From assembly GCA_946965045.2 (NCBI GenBank), contig OX337240.1:248001-312000 (forward strand): a DNA stretch of 64,000 nucleotides. Reading direction: 5' to 3'. Positions 23,101 through 32,727 of the stretch are shown here, one piece after another. Both the position numbers and the translations under genes were made by a program. The notes under the pieces are model-generated. The model did not search any database, was not told where the DNA came from, and saw nothing but the letters and a program-made list of their open reading frames with translations. The stretch is from Epithemia pelagica (lineage: Eukaryota > Protista > Bacillariophyta). How positions within the stretch are numbered: position 1 is the stretch's first letter; every line of letters starts with the position of its first letter.

Positions 23101-25069
23101 AAATGAAGGAGCGACGGAAAATGAAGGAGCGACCGATGAAGGAATGGATGAATATACCGCGGAACACGACGACGAAGTCGTGGACGTCGATCATGAGGAA
23201 ATGGACCCAGAAATGGCGGATGAAGATTTGGACGTTCCACAGCATACCTACAACCTCCGAGGTAATCGCGAACGGTCCTACGAACACAGACTCGATCATC
23301 AAATGGACACTGCTGATGGCAGTACGTCCTACATGCATATGCAATTCCTCCAGAGAGCAATCCGCCATGCGACAACCAACGTGAATGAAAGAAGGCCTAT
23401 ACATTCAATCGTGGCTGAATTCATGTTCACCCAGATGTCGGCACAAGCAGGTATCAAGAAGCACGGACAGCGGGCAATAGACGCACTGCTCAAAGAATTC
23501 ACCCAATTGGATGGACAAGACACATTCGACCCGCAGGACGCCTCAAAGCTCACCCCTGCACAAAAGAAAGCCGCACTACGATCCGTAAACGTGATCAAGG
23601 AAAAACGCTGTGGAAAACTCAAAGGACGGTCATGCGCTGATGGACGACCACAAAGGTCACTTTTCGACAAGAGCGAGACGGCGTCGCCAGCTCTTTCAAC
23701 GGACACACTCATCATGTCCTTAATAATAGACGCACAGGAACGTCGGAAGGTAATCACCGCGGACATTGCGGGAGCATACCTCAACGCCCACATGAAAGAC
23801 TACGTTCTCATGAAACTCGTTGGTGAGGTCGTGGACATTTTCTGTCGCCTAGACGAGAAATACAAGAAATTCGTGGTAATGGAGGGCAATACGAAAGTAT
23901 TATACGTACGCCTCAACAAAGCCCTATACGGGTGTGTACAATCAGCACTACTGTGGTACGAACTTTTCGTCACCACACTCAAAGAAATGGGTTTCAAGCT
24001 CAACCCCTACGATCCATGCGTCGCAAACAAAGTGATAAATGGGCATCAATGCACCGTGACGTGGTACGTAGATGACCTCAAAGCCTCCCACGTGGAAGAA
24101 AAGGTGGTGGAAGATCTGATTGAGGCAATTGAATCCAAGTTCGGAAAAATGACTATTTGCAGAGGGAACAAGCATACGTACCTCGGAATGCAAATAACAA
24201 TCAACGAAAATGGCACGGTCAGCATCATCATGCCGCAATATATTGACGAAGCCATCGAGATGTTCGGGGAGGATGTGAAACAAGGTGCATCGACACCCGC
24301 CAGAAAAGGACTGTTTGAGATAAAAGAGGCGCCCGACCTTGACAAAGAAAGACAGGAGAAGTTTCATAGCATTGTGGCCAAACTGCTCTATCTATCACAG
24401 CGGGCCCGCATCGACATCCAAACAGCCATCGCTTTCCTGTGCACACGAGTGGCGAAATGCACACAAGACGATTGGAAGAAGTTGAAACGAGTTCTCCAAT
24501 ATCTGCACTCAACAAAAGACATGGAATATATCGTGGGAGCGGATGACGTTCCCCACCTCCAAACTTGGGTTGATGCATCGTTCGCAGTGCACGATGACAT
24601 GCGCAGTCATACCGGTGGGGTGATGTCACTCGGCCGAGGTGCAATCATCGCCAAATCGAGGAAACAAAAGCTCAATACGAAAAGCTCTACAGAAGCTGAA
24701 GTGGTCGGAGCAAGCGACTACCTCCCAAATACAATATGGGCAAGAAGATTCCTCGAAGCACAAGGATATAGAATCGCAGGTACGAAATTTGCCCAAGACA
24801 ACCAAAGTGCTATCAGATTGGAGAAGAACGGAAGAGCATCCGCAGGCAAGCAATCACGACATGTGGACATTCGATATTTCTTCATAAAAGACAGGGTCAA
24901 ACAAGAGAACATCGAGATCCACTATTGTCCAACGGAAGAAATGCTAGCTGACTTTTACACGAAACCATTGCAAGGGGGTCTCTTCAACAAATTTCGAGAT
25001 GTACTACTTGGACACAAACCACTCAGTTCCCTCCAGAACCCCACGTGCGATTCCTCCACTCGCGAGTAG
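20192..25069 (+). CDS. Copia Gag-Pol polyprotein
   Basis: RGG-rich N-terminus, zinc knuckle CFHCRGPGHYASQC, protease LLDSQSTIS, integrase (ADNF..HADNEF..VERSIRTIKER), RT YVDDL, RNase H (VDASF, SSTEAE, QDNQSAI, ADFYTKPL). ATG 20192 preferred over 20120. Confidence 0.96.
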   Translation: MEGNQSNGGRGRRGGRGRGRGGRGGRGGRGGPHNSGTTFKGNTEGMNGNIFQVFYECNDKRQFARTLEALEEYIAKNYKHAGDMMPLTRELKNPEIAEPADLPEGETSRVKTILLEKQIAAYVTRCDILESNLQATYAVIWGQCSEAMRAKLQGLEKYNDARDKCDCAWLLTQIKAIRHKFEEKRYGYASLNDAYNNFYSHRQQNEEALADYLHQFKENVDVLEHYGGAVGVDKGSQELIEKYLEPGETVSSETKKKMSRDRALAIQFLKGADRKRYGNLLIELENQFSRGTDQYPPDLTTAYGMLVSYRGAKQSAPPSSPSPSPGLQFAQTADPVPGLDGVLHEGITCFHCRGPGHYASQCPHRQDGTEGNAGVTMLHHHQPSSYNFTFAHVDCCLSQSRVAIPSTWVLLDSQSTISVFHNASLLRNIRPSSHPLTVYTNGGKQVSRLVGDIPNFGEVWYNPQSLANILSLAAVRQQCRVTMDTSGDPSIAVHRRDGTVMLFKESPMGLYYFDVSDPSNFTSSPSAPYLFLNNATGYSPREVEGADRARILYRQLGRPSQRDFLDALAHNVIQNCPVTPEDARRALKIYGPDPATLKGKTVKRPTPAVPQLIPTDIPTKIKQEHQRVTICADNFYVQGHIFCHTISRHLHFRTVAAIENRRKATLEKEIKDVIHMYQARGFEVTDLHADNEFAPIQQNILPVLSNIVAADDHVGQVERSIRTIKERVRATVHGLPYRRYPTLMVREVVAHAVRTLNQLPSKKGVSATMSPRKIVTGLPDPDYNSMKIEFGHYAQIFEERRRTNTTAPRTIGAIALNPTGNAQGSYFFLSLATGARVSRQQWTELPITQAVIDRVEELAEQQEQPLIDGELVFEWAPDIPIHDDEPDGIDDNEDETLGEEEGADPMDSDDDDGNNEEPGPEIDEESSQDEIPASDEEEEEPPVVSTTDEDDTVDPVIDDEPEMEIEEPSENEGATENEGATDEGMDEYTAEHDDEVVDVDHEEMDPEMADEDLDVPQHTYNLRGNRERSYEHRLDHQMDTADGSTSYMHMQFLQRAIRHATTNVNERRPIHSIVAEFMFTQMSAQAGIKKHGQRAIDALLKEFTQLDGQDTFDPQDASKLTPAQKKAALRSVNVIKEKRCGKLKGRSCADGRPQRSLFDKSETASPALSTDTLIMSLIIDAQERRKVITADIAGAYLNAHMKDYVLMKLVGEVVDIFCRLDEKYKKFVVMEGNTKVLYVRLNKALYGCVQSALLWYELFVTTLKEMGFKLNPYDPCVANKVINGHQCTVTWYVDDLKASHVEEKVVEDLIEAIESKFGKMTICRGNKHTYLGMQITINENGTVSIIMPQYIDEAIEMFGEDVKQGASTPARKGLFEIKEAPDLDKERQEKFHSIVAKLLYLSQRARIDIQTAIAFLCTRVAKCTQDDWKKLKRVLQYLHSTKDMEYIVGADDVPHLQTWVDASFAVHDDMRSHTGGVMSLGRGAIIAKSRKQKLNTKSSTEAEVVGASDYLPNTIWARRFLEAQGYRIAGTKFAQDNQSAIRLEKNGRASAGKQSRHVDIRYFFIKDRVKQENIEIHYCPTEEMLADFYTKPLQGGLFNKFRDVLLGHKPLSSLQNPTCDSSTRE

Positions 25070-25071
25070 CG

Positions 25072-25364
25072 TGTTGGAAATAATGAGACAAGCGAAAAAA
25101 TGATTCACGAGTGCTCGGCATCGCCCGGAGTAAAAAATCAAACAATGACGGGAAGTACATACAGAAACAGTCACGAACATACACGCGAGCCAGAACGGAA
25201 ACGCGTAACGTTCGCTGACGTGGTGAGATTTGGAAAAACAAAGACGAGCAAGGCGAAGAAATCCTGTGCTCATTCTTTGGAGATAATCAAGGCAGTAAAG
25301 TAAAACGACGTTTGATTTACGACGATAGTGCTTAAGCTGACGGCTCTGCACCCATCGTACAACA
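25072..25364 (+). repeat. 3' LTR (293 bp)
   Basis: Direct repeat of 19166-19458. Confidence 0.95.
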
Positions 25365-25680
25365 CCTTGTCACGTGATTGTAGCAGAAAGATAATGGGAA
25401 ACAAGACATTGACGGAGAAAATCACCACTCCAAAGGAAATGGCTCAGAGGGGTAAGGTTCGGACCGTTTCGCACTCATTCCAATTCCTGGATCCCAAGAC
25501 AATCAGGTAAATCGAAAAGCTAGTCTGTGTCACCAGCAAGACTCGTTGCAGTATTCGAGACGACTTGCTGCTGCTGTCATCATGGTTGTTGCTGCTGTTG
25601 TTGGTACCCGAGGTTCGTCCCGTTTCCAGGTCTTGCGCCGGTTGGTCCAAATTGTTGGTACTGCTGTTGGTACTGGCCAT
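25365..25680 (-). pseudogene. 5' part of the 4-TM (TMEM272-like) gene; in-frame TGA at 25444-25446
   Basis: MASTNSS...IYLIVLGSRNWNECETVRTLPL*AISFGVVIF aligns with LVVLGVTQWNDCSAIPTLPLWSLTFG of the neighbouring paralog; the stop falls on the W. Confidence 0.78.
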
Positions 25681-26798
25681 TGTTGTTGTTGCAAAGAGAT
25701 CTGTCTCGAACGGAAACGCGTATGTTTTTGTGAGACACAATAATGGCTCTCTCTTTCTCAGTGATAATTTACAGACACCGCAATACTCACCGGCAGAAAG
25801 GTGAAAGGTGCTTTTGTGCAGCTTGGTGGCTGTTCCGAGTTCCGAGTTCCGCGTTACGTCACTTCCGAATAGAGAGAATCTCTCGTACAGAAGTGTGCAT
25901 AGTTCCTACTCTTTAAGGGATAGTACAAGTCGTTCAACGGTCCACCAAACGCAAGCGAGCTTTTCCCCACTTCTTTTGTGATATTCGTACTCTTTGCTCT
26001 ACTGTAAGTTCGACGCCCTACTACGAACAGGAACGAATCTCGGAAGACCCGCCAGCCGAGAAAGAAACGAGGCCATCATCACAAATTGCTGCTTGAGCAG
26101 CCTTTTCTGCTCTACCTCGTCTAATAATATCTCCATTCTCCATACGGATGTATTCGTAGTCTCGTGTCTCGGGTACTCCTAAGTAGTTGCAATGCGGATG
26201 TGCTCTCTCTCTCTGGGAACGCAACGAATGCCGGAAGCTGTCCTACAGTCTTCTAGAAGAAGAGCCACTCACATGTTTACTCCACAAAGACAAAGTGATT
26301 GCAATAGTACCACTCCCTCTCGATCTCTACTATAGAGAGAGACAGCACACTTTTGGCAGGAGCATAAAACAGTGTTGGTGTGTCTAGCTAGGGGAATCCT
26401 CCTATAGCTAGAGGTAGGTGTCGACTTGCAATACGTTGGAGTTCCATAGGTTGGCGGCCCACAACTCATCATTCCTCCACTCGATCGATTTCTCAGACAC
26501 TTTCTGTTTGTCTCCTCGAATGTTGTGTCTCTTTGTTTTTACTGGTACAAATCTCTACTCGAATGATACAACTAGTACTCCTACACAACCATGTGTTCTC
26601 CCACTCTCATCTCGTTCGGTGGTGGTGGTGTTGCTCCGTGTTCTTCCGTTCTGTGCGACAGAAACCAAAAGTGTCTCGGTCCCCCCCGCTCATTGCGGTA
26701 CGACACCATTGCGGTTGGTTTGGTTCTTTGGGGAGGAACCAACCTGCTGGTGCAGGCGCCGAATGACGCGGTTGTCGTCCTCCTCCTCATCATCATCA

Positions 26799-27506
26799 TC
26801 ATCTTCTTCTTCTTCTTCTTGTGGCACGCACCAACCGTAGAAAAGCCATTCCGGCCAGCATGCACAGAAATGACAGAACCACATACAAGGAGCACCAATA
26901 CAATTGGGGTGCACAACAAGAATCGTTGTGCGACCATGGTGTGGCAATAACCCCAGACGACACAAACAGGGGTGGCAGCACCAAACCATAGCCAATCCAC
27001 AGGGATTCCATAATGATGATGGTGGTGGTGGTCATGTCGTCGTCCTCCTCGTCCTTCGGCCTGCTGCTGGTGCAATCACCACCATTCGTACCAGTCTCCT
27101 CCTCCTTGTCACCACCACCATTACAACCCCCACGTGCTGCGACAATTGTTGTTGTTGTCACAGCGAGTTGCCAGAGACCAAACGTTAGAGACCAGAGGGG
27201 CAAGGTGGGAATGGCCGAGCAGTCGTTCCACTGCGTCACTCCCAATACGACCAACACGACGGCCAGTGTGAGTTGAATCATCCACAACAAGCATTGCAGT
27301 AGTGATGATGGTGGTGGTGGTTGCCAGGAACGGGTACCGCCGCCATCATGACGTGTCCTTGTTGTCGTACTTTCCATGCCTCCCTCCGGGTCGTCCGAAT
27401 GATCCTGTGGCAGTACTAGCAGTGGTTTTTGGAATTCTACATCCGGATCCTCTTCCCACTCCATCGTTGTTGTTGTCGTTGTCATCGTGCTTTTACTTTG
27501 TGGCAT
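26799..27506 (-). CDS. 4-TM membrane protein (TMEM272-like), intact paralog of the Copia-disrupted gene
   Basis: Hydrophobic segments, C..IP.LP.W...G and C...LY motifs. The family name is tentative. Confidence 0.7.
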   Translation of the reverse strand: MPQSKSTMTTTTTTMEWEEDPDVEFQKPLLVLPQDHSDDPEGGMESTTTRTRHDGGGTRSWQPPPPSSLLQCLLWMIQLTLAVVLVVLGVTQWNDCSAIPTLPLWSLTFGLWQLAVTTTTIVAARGGCNGGGDKEEETGTNGGDCTSSRPKDEEDDDMTTTTIIIMESLWIGYGLVLPPLFVSSGVIATPWSHNDSCCAPQLYWCSLYVVLSFLCMLAGMAFLRLVRATRRRRRR

Positions 27507-28001
27507 TGTGTTGCGACAGAATGTGTACGAATACTCGGCGAGTGTGGATGTTGTCTGGATGCAGTATATGTTGTTCTTCTTCTTCTTCTTCCCTCCTCAT
27601 CCTCGCTTGTCTCTGTCTGATGCTGCTGATCGCTGATCATCCGAGTCTTTCTTTGGACCAGAAGAAGAAGAAGAAGAAGACGTGTGTCAAGGAGTAACCA
27701 TCATCTTTGTTCATGGTCTCCTTCCCGTCTTTCTCTCTCACATTGTGCTTTCTGTCCGCCAGAAACACGTACTTGCGGCGTCCGTCCGTGGGTTTCATGG
27801 GTCGCGTTTATGTACTCTTGGTCGCTTTTAGGCTCGTCCGTCCTTCAGCCCACGAGAACTTCCGAATCGGGAGGACCATGGAATGGTGAGAGAGCCAGCG
27901 CATCGGAGGATGAGAGGGAGAGAGAGTCGATTGTCTGTGGGAAGAAAGAGAGAGTGAGAGAGAGAACGATCCGAAACATAGTATAGCAAAAGACATTCCA
28001 A

Positions 28002-29222
28002 ATGACGAGCGAACCGCCAAACGAGGAGGACCATGCTGTCAACGAACCAGCAGCACCCCACGACGACGACACAACTCCTGCGACAAACACTTCTTGTTTG
28101 GCCAACGACGGCCCCCTGGAACGAACCACGCATTCCTTTGACTTGGATCCGGCCATTTTCGCGGACAACAATCCTGTCACCACACTGTCGCTCGTCTTGG
28201 ACGGTCGTCCGGCCGTGGATGCCTATGCGACCAATTTGGAATGGACGGGAGAAACCAATTGGTATGGCTCCTACAATTTGTGCACCTGGCTCGGTTCCGT
28301 CCAAGGATGGCAGACGTTGCAACACTCGCACCGCATTTTGGAATTGGGCAGTGGTTTGGGACGCGCCGGAATCTTGGCCACGAAACTCTTGCACTTGCAA
28401 CATGAACAACAAGAACAACACCAACAACCACATGCCGGCCACAACAAACAAATTGTCTTGACCGATGGGGAACCACGAGTTTTGGAATGGTTGCGTCACA
28501 ATTGCCACCTCAATCAATTGACCATTACCCCCAATAATACGTCCTTGTTGTCGTTGGACCAGCACAACCACCCAACGACTCCATCACCCAGCAGGGAGAA
28601 TGAGAGCCATTCCTCCTCCCGTGTCCAGTTGCACGTTGGGCAATTGTGGTGGGGACCCAACGAACCCACCCTGAAACCCTTCTTGTCCTTCCAGTCGAAA
28701 AAGGAGGAGGACAATCCTAATCCTCCACATCCTTCCGATGATGATCATCATAAGGGCACCTTTGATTTGATTTTGGGAGCCGATGTCTTGTATCGTCTCG
28801 TGGCACACGAATTGTTTTGGACCGTGGCGCAATTGTTAAAACGGCCTCAGCCTACCAGTACTAGTAGTAGTACTACTAGCGCGAGTGGCACCCAGCCAAC
28901 AACCACAACTCCCCCACTCGACAATCCCAATCGTAACAATGGCGGCGTCTTTTACTTGGCCTATTCCAAACGCAATACGTATACCGAACAGGAATTGTTG
29001 GACGTGGCGGCCCAGTATGGATTGCACGGCCACAAACATGACGACTATTGCATTGATATTTGGGACAATTCCGTCGATCCCGACTGTGAATTGTGGCGCG
29101 ATGCCATTTTTGTCTTTGGTCACCAACCACAACAAGAACAACACAACGAACAACAAGAACAAGAACAAGAACAAGAACAAGAAGACAACGAACACAAAGA
29201 ACAAGAGCATCCCAGAGACTGA
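28002..29222 (+). CDS. SAM-dependent protein methyltransferase (METTL21/Methyltransf_16-like)
   Basis: ILELGSGLGRAG, VLTDGE...LRHN, L.WG and FDLILGADVLY motifs. Confidence 0.85.
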   Translation: MTSEPPNEEDHAVNEPAAPHDDDTTPATNTSCLANDGPLERTTHSFDLDPAIFADNNPVTTLSLVLDGRPAVDAYATNLEWTGETNWYGSYNLCTWLGSVQGWQTLQHSHRILELGSGLGRAGILATKLLHLQHEQQEQHQQPHAGHNKQIVLTDGEPRVLEWLRHNCHLNQLTITPNNTSLLSLDQHNHPTTPSPSRENESHSSSRVQLHVGQLWWGPNEPTLKPFLSFQSKKEEDNPNPPHPSDDDHHKGTFDLILGADVLYRLVAHELFWTVAQLLKRPQPTSTSSSTTSASGTQPTTTTPPLDNPNRNNGGVFYLAYSKRNTYTEQELLDVAAQYGLHGHKHDDYCIDIWDNSVDPDCELWRDAIFVFGHQPQQEQHNEQQEQEQEQEQEDNEHKEQEHPRD

Positions 29223-29982
29223 CACAACAACAACAACAACCACCTTCACACACACACAACACACAAGTTTGTCAGTCGTTTGCCGTGTGGATGAGAGAAA
29301 ACACGGAATGTCGAATGTCGATGGACCTACACACACAAGTGACTGTGCTGTTTGGTTGGTTTCCCAAAAAAAAAACTCTGGAACGACAAACGAGACTGTC
29401 CTTGTCGTCGAAAACGACAAACACAATCACAACAACGTGTTGGAACCGATATTAGAGAGAGCCTAAAGGTTTGGTATTGTGTTTTGGAAGAACCAGACTC
29501 GATTCTCTACAAGACATGCAATCCGTCTGCCGGGGTGGAGACAAGAGTCGGAACGGAACGAAACAAAACACCGCAAAACCTTATGAAAGAAAGAAGATAC
29601 GAGAGTGTGTATTGGAGACGACGACAAGCGTTTCCCAAAAAATGACATTTTCCTCCATACGATAGACTTCTTGCCTGGCTGGTTCAAACTCTACATCGTT
29701 TGTGGAAACGTTCCCTCCACCAGCGACTCTTTGCTACAGACCCTAGAGAGAACCGCCTGTACCTAATAAAACCTCCAGTTTAAATAAAGAGAGAGCATGT
29801 TACCACCATAAATCCGATCCTCGTTTGTTTCGTTGGCTCCATTCCTGGTTCCTTCTCCTCCAGGCCCACCCCTCTGCTCTCCAACTTGCTTCCCATACAA
29901 TATACCGTCGCCTCGTTCTTGTTCTTGTTGCTTACATTCTCCACCTATACTGTCCTGTATATCGAGTCCCATTTGTTGCCGA

Positions 29983-31759
29983 TTACGACGCCTGTTTGGC
30001 TTGGACTTGGTTCCACAACCATTCCGGTGTGACGGATTTGGGTCGTTCCAGGGGCAAGGCGAGGGCCCTATCCCAATACAATTGTGACAGGGCTCCAATG
30101 CCCCGACTCACACCAAACAAGACGGTATAATATTGAAATTGCGTAAAGCCATAATGCCACAACAAGACGCCGGAATGCGAATCGACATTGGGATAGGGAT
30201 TGGCCACCTTGCCATGTTCTTTGAGAATATCTGGCATGACTTGATAAATGGTATCCACCACATGAAACAATTCATCGTCCGGCATGTGTTTGAGGGCAAA
30301 TTCCCGTTGACACGTGTAGCGGGGATCGGTTTTGCGCAAGACGGCATGACCGTAGCCGGGAATCACCTTTTTGGCATTCAAGGTTTCCCAGGTGAATTCG
30401 GTAATGGTTTCGGCCGTAATGGGTTTGTTTTGGGCATCGAATTTGGCCTTGAGTTCTTGAATCCATTTCAACACTTCTTGATTGGCCAACCCATGGAGGG
30501 GGCCGGCCAAGGCATTGAGACCGGCGGCGTAGGACAAGTAGGGGTCACTGAGCGTGGATCCCACCAAGTGCGTCGTATGCGCCGACGCATTGCCGCCTTC
30601 ATGGTCTGTGTGAATACACAAGTACAAGCGCATCAATTCGTCAAAACTGGGATTGTCATAACCCAATTGTCGACAAAAGTTGGCCGCATAATCCAAGGAG
30701 GTATCCTTGGCCGCGACATGGCCGTCAAAATAGACATTGCGGTAAATAATGGCGGCCAATTCGGGCAACTTGGCCGCCACGTTCAAAATATCTTCCAAGG
30801 CATGTTGGTGATAGTCCGTTTTGGGCGCGCCCTGCGCATAGGCTTGAGCAAATTGCGATTCCGTTTGACACGCATTCAATCCAATCGTGAATTGCGTCAT
30901 GGGATGCATGGTTTTGGGCAAGGCATCCATGAGGGGCCGGACATGATTGGGCAGGGCACTGCGGGCATGCAATTCGGCCGTCAAGGTATCGACTTGTTCC
31001 TTGGTGGGAACTTCGCCCGTCAAGAGCAACCAAAACAAGGATTCGAGCAAGGGTTCGCCATCACCAGCCTTGCCGGATCGAGTCGGCAAGACGGCTTGAC
31101 ATTCCGGAATGGTATAGCCCCGAAATCGAATGCCTTCGTTGGGATCCAAATTGGATGTCTCCCACACCATGCATTTGACACTCCGAGCGCCACCGACACA
31201 TTTGCCAATCGTCACCTCATCAATCCTGTAAAACCAACAAAGCAGACAACGTCCATGCAAACAGACAGGACAAGAATACACATAGAAAACAACGCATGAT
31301 ACCAAATGACCATGAAACCAAAACAACATTGATTCTTTCAGTGTGAGACTCGACCAACGATTGCAATGGCACTCGTTCTTGCTTTTGACTTGAACTAACA
31401 CGTACACTTGATCGCCATGTTCTTTTTTGAGTTCATTCATTTTCTTGAGTTTTTCCGGTACTTGCGCATACAAGGTTTCTTGCAAGGTCGTGACGGATCG
31501 AACGGCGTGGGACGTCCACAACATCTGCGACAACATTCGTGTGTCAAAACCAAACAAACAAACAATCCAGAGCGTTGACAAACACAACAATGAGAACCAC
31601 ACTCTTTTGGATCGATTCTTCTAGGCAAAACCAACAAACAGGCAACCAGATCCTCCAAACAAGACAGACACAAACAAATACAAATCGACATGTGTGTATA
31701 CCTACCGACGGACGGCCACCCGCACGGTGACAGGAGTGAAGCATGTTTCGCATCATCAT
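29983..31759 (-). CDS. CS: Mitochondrial citrate synthase; exons 31759-31706, 31524-31406, 31225-29983
   Basis: [62 protein letters not shown] and PNVDSHSG motifs. Transit peptide [22 protein letters not shown] introns at 31705-31525 and 31405-31226. Confidence 0.95.
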
Positions 31760-32727
31760 CTTCAACTGGTTCTTTTAGTATAGCAAAATCTACTCCAAGA
31801 AAGAATTGCAGAGAAAACCAGTCAGGAAAAATGACACCCACCAAACGACAAGGCCAATTCGTTTCCATTACCAGAAACGAGAAGGACCGATCGATCGGCA
31901 CCATACAAAAACCAAACAACCAAACAAGAGCAGAGGGCAAGTGAGCATGGATATTTATGGACCTCTTTCTGATGTTGTTGTGCAATTCAAGTGGTAGGTT
32001 GTTTACCTTGGTGATGGGTGGTGAGCAAAAGCGCCGTAGTAGTTTGTGTTAGAGGGACTGTTGAGTGTTGATGGTGGTGCGGCGCAACAGAGGATTTGAT
32101 CCGTCCACGGAACCATCAGCAACGAATGTGCAACCATCGAATCCTTTTTGGATGCCGCGCGTGTGGCACGACAGAGACAGAGGGTGCGTTGGGTCGGTTG
32201 GGCCTTCCAATGGAAGGCCCAACCGACCAATCTTTTGTGGTGGTGGGGCGCGATCCGTCTGTCCATGGACAGATCCGTCTACATTATTATTTGTTCCACC
32301 TGGAGCTATTGTGCCAAAGCTAATTGCTACTCCGTACCTATTGCTACAGTATAGCTCTTCTCTCTCTAGCAGAACTCTCATCTCTCATGCTCATGGGATG
32401 GGTGCGGCCGATCCAGATCCAACTCTATTCAGTAGTCATCGGTCCTTCTTTTGGACGACTACCTACATCATCATCTTTGCATTATTATTTGTTCTCTCCA
32501 TTACATCTACGGAAACTAACTACTCGCTCTAACCAGGTAGAGCCATGACCAAACAACGGAAGAAGCAAGAAGCAACAAGAGGTAAAACGAATGGGGAAGC
32601 GCAAGACCTCTCCCATGTTGCACTACACACCAACTAGATAGAATTGCCAGGAATGAAAACCGTAACTAGTACAACAACAAGAACAGACCACTCTGCCAGA
32701 TCACCACGACGACGACAAGACCATTCG

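Larger units (their letters stand above)
19166..25364 (+). mobile_element. Full-length Ty1/copia LTR retrotransposon (diatom CoDi-like), 6199 bp
   Basis: 293-bp LTRs TGTTGG...CAACA. 5-bp TSD CCTTG at 19161-19165 and 25365-25369. Single gag-pol ORF with PR-IN-RT-RH order. Confidence 0.97.

Noticed and set aside
30133-31299. 388-aa + strand ORF
   Set aside because: Antisense shadow of citrate synthase.
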